Below the pieces are notes generated by a model that saw only the letters and a list, made by a program, of their open reading frames with translations, was not told the DNA's origin and made no database searches. Made by a program: the position numbers and the translations under genes. DNA of 30,870 nt from an uncultured Thermoleophilia bacterium (GTDB lineage: Bacteria; Actinomycetota; Thermoleophilia; UBA2241), in NCBI GenBank assembly GCA_903912585.1, contig CAIWHY010000083.1, positions 1-30,870 of the forward strand. Reading direction: 5' to 3'. Positions 8,159-17,229 of this stretch are shown piece after piece. Numbering within the stretch: position 1 is the first letter of the stretch; each line of letters begins with the position of its first letter.

Positions 8159-9001
8159 TCAGGGGCGGGACCAGAGGTCCGTGGCGCTCAAGCCCAGCTC
8201 CTGTTCGACTTCGAGACGGTAGGCGGCGACGGCGCCCCGGGTGAAGGGTCCGGGGGGATCATCGAATTCGCGGTCCTCGACGACCGCGACCGCCTGGACT
8301 TCGCGCGCCGCTCCGGCCAGAAACGCCTCCGCGGCCGCGAGCGCGTCCTCGGTGCGGCACGTACGCTCGGAGACGTCCAGATGCCTCATGACGATGCGAC
8401 GCGTGATGGAATCCAGGATGCCGGCGTCGAGAGGCGGCGTGCACACCTCACCCTGCGGGGTGACCCAGAAGAAGGCGGCCTGCTGCACCTCCATGACGCG
8501 GCCGTCCGGCGTCGCGAGCAGCGCCTCGTCAAAGCCGCGCTCCTGAGCCGCACGCTTCGCCACCATGTTGCCGGCGTAGGAGAGGCTCTTCGCGCCGGCC
8601 AGCACCAGCCTCGGCGTGTCGATGACGAACGCCAGCCGGGCCGGCGGCCAGTCGAGGTACGGCTCGAGGAACACGATGCGCCTGCCGCCGCGCGTCAGCA
8701 CGATGCGCAAGTCGCTGAAGACGGGGCCGGCCCAGTCGAGGAGCGCGACGATCTCGCTCTCGAGCAACTCGCGCGGATACGGCAGGCGAAGCGTCGCGCA
8801 GGTGCGCGCCAGGCGATCGAGGTGCTCGACGAGCGTGAACGGCCGGCCGGCATAGCAACGCAGATACTCGAACGCGCCGTCTCCACGCAGCATGCCGTCG
8901 TCGTACAGAGGGACGGTCGCCTCGCGGGCGTCGCACAGCACGCCGTCGACGGAGGCCGCCATCTCAGGCGCGCCACTTGAGCCGCGCGCGAGCCCCGTCA
9001 C
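8159..9001 (-). CDS. Fold-type IV PLP enzyme (D-amino-acid transaminase / BCAT / ADC-lyase family)
   Basis: GDGAFEYLRCY, HLDRL, AKSLSY (PLP Lys), GFDEALL, LDSITRRIV, AREVQAV. GTG overlaps the upstream stop; alternative ATG at 8963. Confidence 0.88.
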   Translation of the reverse strand: MTGLARGSSGAPEMAASVDGVLCDAREATVPLYDDGMLRGDGAFEYLRCYAGRPFTLVEHLDRLARTCATLRLPYPRELLESEIVALLDWAGPVFSDLRIVLTRGGRRIVFLEPYLDWPPARLAFVIDTPRLVLAGAKSLSYAGNMVAKRAAQERGFDEALLATPDGRVMEVQQAAFFWVTPQGEVCTPPLDAGILDSITRRIVMRHLDVSERTCRTEDALAAAEAFLAGAAREVQAVAVVEDREFDDPPGPFTRGAVAAYRLEVEQELGLSATDLWSRP

Positions 9002-11037
9002 ATCCTCTCCACTCGCACCTCGACCGACTTCATCAGCGGGAACCCGCTGATCGGGTCGAAACGGTCGTCATGCGTGATGAGGTTCACGTTGGCGTCCCTC
9101 CATCCGTGCGTGATCTGGAGGCTGCCGGGGAGGATCTCGTTGGGAGCCATCACCTTCACGGGCAGCTCGAGTGAGCCGATGCGCGACGTCACGCGGACCG
9201 TGTCGCCGTCGGCCACCCCGAGAGCTTCGGAGTCGTCCGGGTGCATCTCCACCTCGGGGCCGGGAATGGCCGTCAGGAAGCGGGGGATGTTGCGAAACCG
9301 GCTGTGCAGGTAGAGGAGCTTGCGCGCCCCGGTGATGAGCACGAACGGGTACGCGGCGTCGGGTTCGCGGCGGTAGGCGGGACTCTGGTACACGGGGAGC
9401 TCGTCGTATCCCAGGTCCTTCAGGTACTGCGAGGCGAACTCGACCTTGCCGGACGGTGTGTCGAAGCCCGTATCCTTCCAGCGCCCCGGCAGAGACGGAC
9501 TGTACTCCACGCCCTCGGGATGAGCCTCCAGCTCCTCGAGGGTGAGACCCGTCGGCTCGAGCAGCCAACGGTTGAGAGCCGTCTCGTCCTCCCAGGGGAA
9601 GTAGTCGCCGATCCCCAGGCGGGCAGCGAGGTCATGCCAGAACTCGTACTCGCCCTGCACGCCCGGCCACGAGACGACCTTGCGGGTAACGCTCACGATC
9701 TGATGCTTGGCGTGAGCGTGCAGCTCGGTACGCTCGAGGAATGACGCCGCCGGCAGGACGTAGTCGGCCACCGCAGCCGTCTCGCTCATGAAGAGATCGC
9801 GCACCACCAGCAGGTCGAGGGACTTCAGGGCCTCGAGGACCCTCGTGGAGTTAGGATTCGTGGACGCCGGGTTCGCTCCCGTGACGATGAGCGCCCGCAG
9901 GGGATACGGGTCGTCCTGCAAGATGGCCTCGATGGCCGTCATGGTGTGACACTCCCGGCGCAGATCGTACAGCACGGGGAAGCGCCCGGCGCCGAGAGGG
10001 CCAAGGTGCTTCAGCGGCACGTCCTCGTACAGGGTGAGGTCGCGTAGCGGCAGCTCTGCCTTGAAGAAGGTGCCTCCCGCCCGGTCCAGGGCGCCGAGCA
10101 ACCCGTCAAGCATCGCGATGGCGCGGATGTTGTTGACGCCGTTCTCGTGGTGCTCGAGGCCGTTGCCGACGTAGGCGGCGACCCGCGGCGCGGCGCTCTG
10201 CATGGCGCGGGCGATCGCCCGGACGGCAGCCGCCGGCACCCCCGTCTCCGCCTGCACTGCCTCTGCAGTGAACGCCTTCGCATAGTCGACCACCTTGGCG
10301 AAGCCGACCGTATGATGCTCAACGAAGTCCGCGTCGCAGGCGCCCGCCGTGACGAGCTGGTGGATCAACCCCCAGGCCAGGGCGCCGTCGGTCCCCGGTC
10401 GCACCGCGGCGTGGATGTCGGCGCGGCGGGCGATCGCCGAGAGCCGCGGGTCCACCACCACGAGAGTCGCGCCCTTGCGGCGCGCGGCGGTGATGTACTG
10501 GGTCATGTTGGGATGCGCGTAGGGCGGGTTCGCTCCCCAGAGGACGATGCAGCCGGCGTTCTCGAGGTCGGGGACGGGCCAGGCACCGGCGACCAGCTTG
10601 AAGCCGAAGTAGCGCGCCGCGTAGCACATCGAGTCGTTGGAGAGGTAGTTGGGGCTCCCGACGGCGTGAGCGAAGCGACGCGCGATGTTCTCTTGCTGGC
10701 CAAAGCCGATGGCCTCGCCCTTCCACACACCGATGCTGCGCGCGCCGCGCTCCTCCCTGATCGCGGCGAGACGCGCGGCGATCTCGTCCAGCGCCTGCTC
10801 GAGCGGGATCTGCTGCCAGCCTTCGTCGGTCCGCTTGAGCGGCGTGAGGATGCGGTCGGCGTGATAGACCATGTCCACGGCCGCACGGGCCTTCACGCAC
10901 AACCGGCCCCGGTTCCAGAGATGCGCCTTGTTCCCGAGGATGTCGACGATGCGGCCGTCTTCAAGATGGACGTCGATGCCGCAGCGATCGTCGCACATCC
11001 GGCAGAGCGTCTGCTGGATCTCCGTCTCGGGCGGCAT
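8998..11037 (-). CDS. Cytoplasmic Mo/W-bisPGD oxidoreductase catalytic subunit, acetylene-hydratase-like clade
   Basis: N-terminal CRMCDDRC...LCVK [4Fe-4S] motif, GSPNYLSNDSMC (Cys ligand position), WGANP, VVVDPR, PGTDGALA, ADYVLPAASFLER, TPSGKVEF, EVEMHPDD; no Tat signal. Confidence 0.9.
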   Translation of the reverse strand: MPPETEIQQTLCRMCDDRCGIDVHLEDGRIVDILGNKAHLWNRGRLCVKARAAVDMVYHADRILTPLKRTDEGWQQIPLEQALDEIAARLAAIREERGARSIGVWKGEAIGFGQQENIARRFAHAVGSPNYLSNDSMCYAARYFGFKLVAGAWPVPDLENAGCIVLWGANPPYAHPNMTQYITAARRKGATLVVVDPRLSAIARRADIHAAVRPGTDGALAWGLIHQLVTAGACDADFVEHHTVGFAKVVDYAKAFTAEAVQAETGVPAAAVRAIARAMQSAAPRVAAYVGNGLEHHENGVNNIRAIAMLDGLLGALDRAGGTFFKAELPLRDLTLYEDVPLKHLGPLGAGRFPVLYDLRRECHTMTAIEAILQDDPYPLRALIVTGANPASTNPNSTRVLEALKSLDLLVVRDLFMSETAAVADYVLPAASFLERTELHAHAKHQIVSVTRKVVSWPGVQGEYEFWHDLAARLGIGDYFPWEDETALNRWLLEPTGLTLEELEAHPEGVEYSPSLPGRWKDTGFDTPSGKVEFASQYLKDLGYDELPVYQSPAYRREPDAAYPFVLITGARKLLYLHSRFRNIPRFLTAIPGPEVEMHPDDSEALGVADGDTVRVTSRIGSLELPVKVMAPNEILPGSLQITHGWRDANVNLITHDDRFDPISGFPLMKSVEVRVERM

Positions 11038-11523
11038 CTACTTCTCTCCCTTGTCCAGATGAAGGAGGCGCCTGAGGCTGGCGTCGAGCACCTCACGACG
11101 AAGGTCGACCGCCTCGTCGGCCTCGATGTAGCGCAAGGCTCCTGAGATGCAGGAGCGCACGCACATCGGGTCGCCTCCGCACAGGTCGCACTTGCCGCTC
11201 ACGCCTTGCGTCCTGTCGAAGTGGACGTTTCCGAATGGGCAGGCGAGCAGGCACATCTTGCACCCGGCGCAGCGAGCCGCGTCGATCTGGACCGCCCCCG
11301 TCTCCGGATCGCGACTGATGGCGGCGGCCGGGCACACCTCAAGGCACCAGGCGTCGTCGCAGTGCATGCAGGTCAAGGGGACGCACGCACGCTCCTCCGC
11401 GTAGAAGTTCACGCGGATGTGAGAGGCCCGCCTGTCGAAGTCGCCGCTCTGACGGAACGCACAGGCGTACTCGCAGTTGCGGCACGCGACACACGAGTCG
11501 GGGTCTACGGCAACTATGCGCAT
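11038..11523 (-). CDS. 4x[4Fe-4S] electron-transfer subunit (DmsB/HydN/CooF/AorA-like)
   Basis: CVACRNCEYAC, CMHCDDAWCLEVCP, CAGCKMCLLACP, KCDLC...CVRSC; its TAG abuts the Mo subunit ATG. Confidence 0.93.
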   Translation of the reverse strand: MRIVAVDPDSCVACRNCEYACAFRQSGDFDRRASHIRVNFYAEERACVPLTCMHCDDAWCLEVCPAAAISRDPETGAVQIDAARCAGCKMCLLACPFGNVHFDRTQGVSGKCDLCGGDPMCVRSCISGALRYIEADEAVDLRREVLDASLRRLLHLDKGEK

Positions 11524-12779
11524 GGCGTCTTCTCCTTGATCGCTCCCCTGCCCACGAGCCGCTGACCGAGGTCTCGTCCCTCAAGAAAGGTCGGCAGGTC
11601 AGGCAAGAGCCGTCTCTGACGCACAAATGGCCGGAGGCGGCCCAAGAGTGCCGCCCCTTCGGGGTCTCCCAACGAGATCGCGCCCACAGGCACTCCCGCC
11701 CGGGACACGAGCTTCAAATAGCGGATGCCCGCAAGGTCGCGCGACTCGAACACGTCGTCACCGTCGTCCTCGACGAACCGACCCAGCGAGGCCACGGTGA
11801 GCCCGAACATCTCGGTGACGTTCATGCTCAGGCTGCCGGCATAGGCCACGCCGGCCTCAGCGAGGTTGGCTCCGGCCACCCGGCCTTGTTCGACGGCCGT
11901 AGGCCACAACGCGTGGATCTCCCGCGGCCCGCCGGCGCTGGTGGGGCCTCGCGTCACGTCTCCGGCGGCAAAGACGCCGTCCACGCTGGTCTCCATGGTG
12001 TCGGCCACCGGGATGCCCGGCTTGCCCGGCTCAAGACACTCCGGCAGCAGCCCATCGTTGGGCCGCGCCCCAGTGGCCACGATGACGGCGTCGACCGCGA
12101 ACGCGCCTGTGCCGTCGGTCGAGACGCGCACCTTGCCGTCGTGGTCTGTCTCCACGCCGTCGGTGCGCGTGCCCGTGCGCACGTCCACGCCGTACGCGAG
12201 GAGCTGCTCGTGGAGGATCCGCGCCGCCGCCGCGTCCAGCACGCGAGGCAGGATCTGATCAAGCAGCTCCACGACGATCACTTGGAGTCCGCGCTGCCTG
12301 GCGGCCCAGGCTGCCTGCAAGGCGACGAAGCCCGAGCCGAGCACCATCACCCGCGCGCCCTCCCGGAACAGCGAATCGAGCCGAGTGGCGTCGTCCAAGG
12401 TCCACAGCGTGTGGATACCCGGACCGTCAAGGCCCGGGATCGGCGGCCGCGCCGGACTCGATCCGGTGGCGAGCAGAAGCCGGTCGAAGCCGAGGCGGCG
12501 TCCGTCCGCGAGTTCGAGCTCGCACGTCGCGGGATCGACCCGCTCGACGCGAGCGCCAAACTCAGTCGCCACGCGCAAGCGCGCGTAGTCGCTCATCTGC
12601 CGGATGAACAGGCCCTCGTACGAGAGTCGTCTGCGCAGGTAGTACGGCAGCAGCACGCGGGAGTAGGCCGGGACCGGCTCAGCGGAGACGAGCGTGACCG
12701 ACGCCGTCTGGTCACGCTCGCGGAAGCCCTCGAGCGCACTCAAAGCGGCTGCGCTGTTGCCGACGATGGTCACCTGCAC
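11514..12779 (-). CDS. FAD/NAD(P)-dependent oxidoreductase (NirB/Nox/AorC-like)
   Basis: IVGNSAAALSA, AYSRVLLPYYL, RLLLATGSSP, LGSGFVALQAA, VIVATGARPN, VFAAGDV, GSLSMNVTEMFG. Confidence 0.9.
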   Translation of the reverse strand: MQVTIVGNSAAALSALEGFRERDQTASVTLVSAEPVPAYSRVLLPYYLRRRLSYEGLFIRQMSDYARLRVATEFGARVERVDPATCELELADGRRLGFDRLLLATGSSPARPPIPGLDGPGIHTLWTLDDATRLDSLFREGARVMVLGSGFVALQAAWAARQRGLQVIVVELLDQILPRVLDAAAARILHEQLLAYGVDVRTGTRTDGVETDHDGKVRVSTDGTGAFAVDAVIVATGARPNDGLLPECLEPGKPGIPVADTMETSVDGVFAAGDVTRGPTSAGGPREIHALWPTAVEQGRVAGANLAEAGVAYAGSLSMNVTEMFGLTVASLGRFVEDDGDDVFESRDLAGIRYLKLVSRAGVPVGAISLGDPEGAALLGRLRPFVRQRRLLPDLPTFLEGRDLGQRLVGRGAIKEKTPCA

Positions 12780-12800
12780 AGGCCGGCCCTGGTCCCGTCG

Positions 12801-14252
12801 TCAGTCGGTCGCCGCTGCGAACGCCGCGACGAGCTCGTCCGCGGCCGCCGCGATCCGAGGCGGCAAGGGCGGCGCCTCGTGCTCGGCCAGCAGCCGCATC
12901 GCCTTGACGCGAGCCTTGGCCGCGAGGTCAAGGCCGCCGTCGGCCAGCCAGCTCTCGCGCCCCTGGCGGTTCAGGATGCCGGGCCGCCACTGGACCTCGC
13001 GCATGTGGCGGCGCGTGTGCTTGCTGCCCATGAAGTGGCCGCCCGGACCGGTCTGGGCGATCGTCTCGACGGCCAGGCTGTCGCGGTCCACGGGAACGCC
13101 TCCGAGAAGGCGCCTGTTCATGGCGATGGACTCGTCCACGATCACGATCTGCTCGAGAGAACACGTGAGCCCGAAGTCGAGATACCCGACGTCGTGCGCG
13201 AGATTGGAGCCGGCCTGCATGGCGAGGAACGTGATCTGCGTCGCCTCCATGCCGGCCTGCGCGTCCGGCAGATGGCTGTCGCTCGTGCCGGCGTTGCCCC
13301 AGTTGGGGATGTCCAGCCACTTGGCCATCTCGACGGCGCACATGTAGCCGGTGAGGTAGCCGAGGTCGTTGTAACTCGATTGCGCGGTCGCGATGTCGAG
13401 GACGGCGGAGCCGATACCGAACAGGAACGGCGCGCCGGGGCTGCGCAGCTGATGTACCACCATGCCGAACAGGCACTCGGCCACTCCCTGGGCCGTATGC
13501 CCGGCGACGGTGATCGGCGCCGTTGCTCCGGCGAGCGGCGCCGGCGAGTAGATCGACGGTACGCCGGCATCGGCGCACAGGAGGAGCTTGTCGATGCTGT
13601 CGCCGGGATGGACCAAGGGGCTGGTCGGCTCCATGTAGACGACGAAGTACGGCTTCTGACGAAGCTGCTCGGCCCCGCCGCGCAACTCGCGGGCGATGTC
13701 GATCATCACCGCGAGGTCGCGGGCGTTCTCGGCCGTCATGACCAGCGGCTTGGTGCTGTTCTCCATCATCGCCTGGAAACTCAGCAGGTACGCTTGATGG
13801 GGATCCCGGTCTGTCGGGTGGGCCGAGCTCATGACGAAGTCCAGATTCGGCAGCGCGTCGCAGAGGCGAGCGGCGCGACAGACGTCCTCGAGGACGCTCG
13901 GCCGGTGCTCGCCGGTGTCGAGATCGTACGTGGACATCAGGTCCGACCCGGTGCCGAAGTAGCTGTTGTACCCCCCGAGCTCCATGGCCGGCTCGCCCAG
14001 GCGGTCGTACACGTCGACCACCTTTGGCACGGAGAGGCGTGCCTGCTCGACGAGGTGCCGGGGCATCAGCACGCGCTCGTCGGCGGTCAGCGTGCAGCCG
14101 GCGTCCAGAAGCATGGCTCTCGCCTCGTCGTGCTGCACCAGCATCCCGACCTTGCCGAGGATCTCGAGCACGGCCACGTAGATGTCGCGCTTGGCCGCCT
14201 CACTGAGAAACTGGAGGCGGCCGACCTGCGACGCGTTGCGAAGTTCCTTCAT
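12801..14252 (-). CDS. MttB-family (trimethylamine methyltransferase superfamily) protein, non-pyrrolysine, copy A
   Basis: SYFGTGS, NSTKP, EPTSPL, APLAGATAPITVAG, PGAPFLFG, NAGTSDSHLPDAQAGME, HDVGYLD, GPGGHF. ATG 14252 has a GGGAG RBS; no in-frame TAG. Confidence 0.92.
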   Translation of the reverse strand: MKELRNASQVGRLQFLSEAAKRDIYVAVLEILGKVGMLVQHDEARAMLLDAGCTLTADERVLMPRHLVEQARLSVPKVVDVYDRLGEPAMELGGYNSYFGTGSDLMSTYDLDTGEHRPSVLEDVCRAARLCDALPNLDFVMSSAHPTDRDPHQAYLLSFQAMMENSTKPLVMTAENARDLAVMIDIARELRGGAEQLRQKPYFVVYMEPTSPLVHPGDSIDKLLLCADAGVPSIYSPAPLAGATAPITVAGHTAQGVAECLFGMVVHQLRSPGAPFLFGIGSAVLDIATAQSSYNDLGYLTGYMCAVEMAKWLDIPNWGNAGTSDSHLPDAQAGMEATQITFLAMQAGSNLAHDVGYLDFGLTCSLEQIVIVDESIAMNRRLLGGVPVDRDSLAVETIAQTGPGGHFMGSKHTRRHMREVQWRPGILNRQGRESWLADGGLDLAAKARVKAMRLLAEHEAPPLPPRIAAAADELVAAFAAATD

Positions 14253-14306
14253 GTCACGCACTCCCGTCTTGTCCATCACGGGTGTGGGTCTCGCGCGCCT
14301 GCCCGG

Positions 14307-15413
14307 TCACGAGGAAGCCTGCGGCTCGAGCGAGCGCAGGCGATCGAGAAAGAAGTCCATCTCCTCGCGCGTGCCTGTGCTGACCCGCGCCCACCCGGGA
14401 CAGCCGAGCCCGTTGCCGTCGCGCACGATGACGCCCAGAGCCATGAGGGCTTCGCAGACCTTGTCCTGGGGCACGCTCAGGCCCTCGATGGAGACGAGGA
14501 CGAAGTTCGTCTGGCTGGGGACCACGGCGCGACCCATGCTCGCGAGGGCGCTCTCGAGGTACTCGCGCATCTCGATGATCAGGCGCCGGCGCTCGAGTAT
14601 CTGGTCCTGGTGCTTGAGCGCCTCAAGTGCGGCGACCTGCGCCAGCCGGTTGACGTTGAACGGCTGGCGCACCTTGTCGAGAGCATCCCTCACGACCTCC
14701 GGACAGAGGCCGTAGGCGACGCGCAGACCGGCCAGCCCGTAGGCCTTCGAGAACGTCCGGAACAGGCAGACGTTGGGCCTCTCGGCCTGGAGTCTCTGTG
14801 TATCCTCGCGATCGTCCGCGGAGACGAACTCGTTGTAGGCCTCGTCGATCACCACGAGAACGTCCGCCGGGATCTTGTCGACGAAGGCCGCGACCTCGGC
14901 CGCGGGCAGGTAGTTGCCGGTCGGGTTGTTGGGGTTGCACACGATGACCAGCTTCGTGCGCGGAGTGACCGCGGCGGCCATGGCCTCGAGGTCGTGGCCG
15001 AAGTCCGGGAGCAGAGGGATCATCACGGCTTTGGCGTCGCGTCGCAGGCAGATGTCCTCGTACAGCATGAACGACGGGTCTGCAAAGACGACTTCGTCGC
15101 CGTGGTCGAGCAGGGCGTCGCCGAGCAGCTCCAGCAGGTCGTCCATGCCATTGCCGACAGCGATCTCCTCGAGGCGCCGTCCGAAGAGCTCGGCCAGCGC
15201 CTGGCGAAGATCCAGGCAGTCGCCGTCCGGATACCGGTTCACCTCGTCGAACGCCGCCATCACGGCCGCCTTGACCTCGGCAAGAGGCGGCAGCGGGAAC
15301 TCGTTGGACGCCAGCTTGACCACTTCGGTCAGCCCATACTGACGCATGACGTTCTCGATCGGGACGCCGGGCGTGTACGGCACGATGCCCTCGATAGCCG
15401 CAAGGAACCTCAT
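14307..15413 (-). CDS. hisC: Histidinol-phosphate/aromatic aminotransferase (HisC-like, fold type I PLP)
   Basis: PYTPG, KLASNE, RYPD, GNGMDD, CNPNNPTG, DEAY, RTFSKAYGLAGLRV (PLP Lys). Its role in this cluster may be catabolic. Confidence 0.85.
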   Translation of the reverse strand: MRFLAAIEGIVPYTPGVPIENVMRQYGLTEVVKLASNEFPLPPLAEVKAAVMAAFDEVNRYPDGDCLDLRQALAELFGRRLEEIAVGNGMDDLLELLGDALLDHGDEVVFADPSFMLYEDICLRRDAKAVMIPLLPDFGHDLEAMAAAVTPRTKLVIVCNPNNPTGNYLPAAEVAAFVDKIPADVLVVIDEAYNEFVSADDREDTQRLQAERPNVCLFRTFSKAYGLAGLRVAYGLCPEVVRDALDKVRQPFNVNRLAQVAALEALKHQDQILERRRLIIEMREYLESALASMGRAVVPSQTNFVLVSIEGLSVPQDKVCEALMALGVIVRDGNGLGCPGWARVSTGTREEMDFFLDRLRSLEPQASS

Positions 15414-15850
15414 CGCGCCTCCCGCTCTCCCGGACCGTTCCGCCTATGGACGACGATCTTGCCCGCAACGGCGTCGACGGCGATGCGGTCGCCATCCTCG
15501 ATGTCGTCGTAGAAGGCGGGATCGACCTCGTCCACGAGCGGCACTTCCATCGCGATGATGGTCGACACGAGCACCGGCTCCGGCGTCTGGATGACGACGG
15601 CCGCCGGAGCCGTCTTCTTCATGATCAGCCGATACAGGCCGTCGGCCTGCACGACGGAGCTGCCCTTGCCCGTGGGCATGACCAAGACCTTGCCGGCGAC
15701 GCTGCGGCCGTCCAGGCAGTGCCCACTCTCGATCACGCAGCCCGTGTCCGGCTCGCACAGCGCAAAACAGAGGGCGTCTGTCGACAGAAGCGCCTCGCCC
15801 TCCCCGATGCCCTCGGAGATGGGCCGGCATGCGTACTCGTGCTCGCTCAT
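15410..15850 (-). CDS. Aconitase X small (swiveling, DUF126) subunit
   Basis: GEGEALLS, GHCLDGRSVAGKVLVMPTGKGSS, APAAVV, IEDGDRIAVDAVAG; ATGA overlaps at both ends. Confidence 0.88.
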   Translation of the reverse strand: MSEHEYACRPISEGIGEGEALLSTDALCFALCEPDTGCVIESGHCLDGRSVAGKVLVMPTGKGSSVVQADGLYRLIMKKTAPAAVVIQTPEPVLVSTIIAMEVPLVDEVDPAFYDDIEDGDRIAVDAVAGKIVVHRRNGPGEREAR

Positions 15851-17064
15851 TTGACCACCTCTCCAGCAAGGGCTGCTTGGACGGCTTGCGCCAAGGGCCG
15901 CACGGCGTAGCGCTGCCCGTAGACTTGACAGTAGAAGGCGCATTTCTGGGACTCGGTGACGCCAGGCCGGCCGTAGTACGCGTCCCAGCAGCCCGGGATG
16001 TCCATGCAGGTATCGGCGACGACGTGTCCGCCTGCCCGCTGGATGACGCCGAGGAACCCCATGCGCTCGGCGAGCTCGAGCGTGAGAGAGCTGACGAGGA
16101 TCCAGGTGTCGACGGCCAACTGCTTGCCATCCACGAGCGCAGCGACCTCCCCCACCTGGCGGATCGTGAGATGGGGACAGCCGAGCATGGCGTACTCGAT
16201 GGGCCCCGACTCGCCGCTGAACTGCTCGCGCACGCGGTCGAGGTCGGCGTCGGTGATCGTCACGCGATGCTTGACGGCGTTGCCGCCGAAGGCCGCCTCG
16301 ACCGTCGGCGCCTCCGGCGTGATCCCGGCGATGTGGTACATGGCGACGGCGCCGGAGGTGGCGAGCTCAGCGCCGAACTGAACAAAGCCTTCGGGAGTGG
16401 CACGTTTCTCGATGCCCGTGAACACCGGGACCTCAGCTCCCTTGTACTTCTGCGGATACGCATAGCCCAGAAGACTCCAGTCGAAGTCGTCCTCGATCTT
16501 GGCCTCGACTTCGACCAGCACTTCGCCCTTGCGGTTCTCGTCGAGCAGCAAGCCGTACTCGGGCACGCGCCCGGTCACGGCAGCGCAGAGCGCGCTGATC
16601 GACGACTCGCGGTTGCTGCGCGCCCCGAGCACGGAGTTGACGTAGGGAGTGGCGGAGGACTCCGAGAAGGCCACGACCTCGCCGAAGGCGGGCACGTTCT
16701 TCTCGAGCTCGGGCGTGCAGCTCAGCGTCAGCGTCGCACCGATGCGCCGGTAGGCGTCGTTGCTGGCCTGCACCCTGTCCCGACCCTCGTCCGTCAACGG
16801 GCCCAGATGTTCTTCAACGTACCCGGTGTCCATGCTTGGGTTCGTCGTCGGGGAGACGACGCAGCGCGCCCCGAGGTCGAGCAGCTTGGTGACGAAATAG
16901 AGATCGCCCTCTTGGGCGCTGGCCGCGACGTGCGTGCGGGTGATGGGCACCATACGCTTGGCGTAGAAGGCCTTGCCGGTACCTACCTGGACCTTCATCG
17001 CGAGCGCGACGCCTTCGCCATGCTTGCCCGCCAGCATGTCGAGTTCGAGGCTTGTCAACTCCAT
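15847..17064 (-). CDS. Aconitase X large (catalytic, DUF521) subunit
   Basis: MELTSLELDMLAG, TTNP, SCTP, FSESSA, GARSNRE, AAVTGRVPEYGLL, GAVAMYHIAGITPEA, LGCPH, DTC (three Fe-S Cys); GAAGGGAG RBS before ATG 17064. Confidence 0.92.
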   Translation of the reverse strand: MELTSLELDMLAGKHGEGVALAMKVQVGTGKAFYAKRMVPITRTHVAASAQEGDLYFVTKLLDLGARCVVSPTTNPSMDTGYVEEHLGPLTDEGRDRVQASNDAYRRIGATLTLSCTPELEKNVPAFGEVVAFSESSATPYVNSVLGARSNRESSISALCAAVTGRVPEYGLLLDENRKGEVLVEVEAKIEDDFDWSLLGYAYPQKYKGAEVPVFTGIEKRATPEGFVQFGAELATSGAVAMYHIAGITPEAPTVEAAFGGNAVKHRVTITDADLDRVREQFSGESGPIEYAMLGCPHLTIRQVGEVAALVDGKQLAVDTWILVSSLTLELAERMGFLGVIQRAGGHVVADTCMDIPGCWDAYYGRPGVTESQKCAFYCQVYGQRYAVRPLAQAVQAALAGEVVK

Positions 17065-17170
17065 CAAGGCTCCCTTCTCACACCCGGTGACCGGGTCGAC
17101 GGCTGGAGTGGTTCTCGGCGAACGCACGATACTCGGCGGCGCCTGGGGCGCCACGGAAGCAACCTCGCCA

Positions 17171-17198
17171 ATCATGAACGGTCCCTGCAACGGGTCAA
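17171..17198 (-). promoter_or_regulatory. Candidate internal promoter for the acnX-to-aminotransferase IV sub-operon
   Basis: TTGACC (17198-17193), 16 bp, CATGAT (17176-17171). Confidence 0.5.
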
Positions 17199-17215
17199 GC
17201 TGCCGGGGCCCGGGG

Positions 17216-17229
17216 TCTCGTATGCTGGA
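17216..17229. promoter_or_regulatory. Candidate IclR operator B
   Basis: Minus strand TCCAG-CATA-CGAGA(C), 17 bp upstream of TTGACC. Confidence 0.6.

Noticed and set aside
8998-11037. Calling the Mo/W enzyme a true acetylene hydratase
   Set aside because: The Asp and Cys are kept, but the recalled pocket Trp residues are not, and dedicated electron-transfer partners imply redox chemistry.
11886-15512. 1208-aa plus-strand ORF, and similar long ORFs at 1578-3983, 5400-7001, 21440-22981 and 22969-25002
   Set aside because: Antisense shadows of well-supported genes in very GC-rich DNA; no family motifs and Arg/Ala/Gly-biased sequence.
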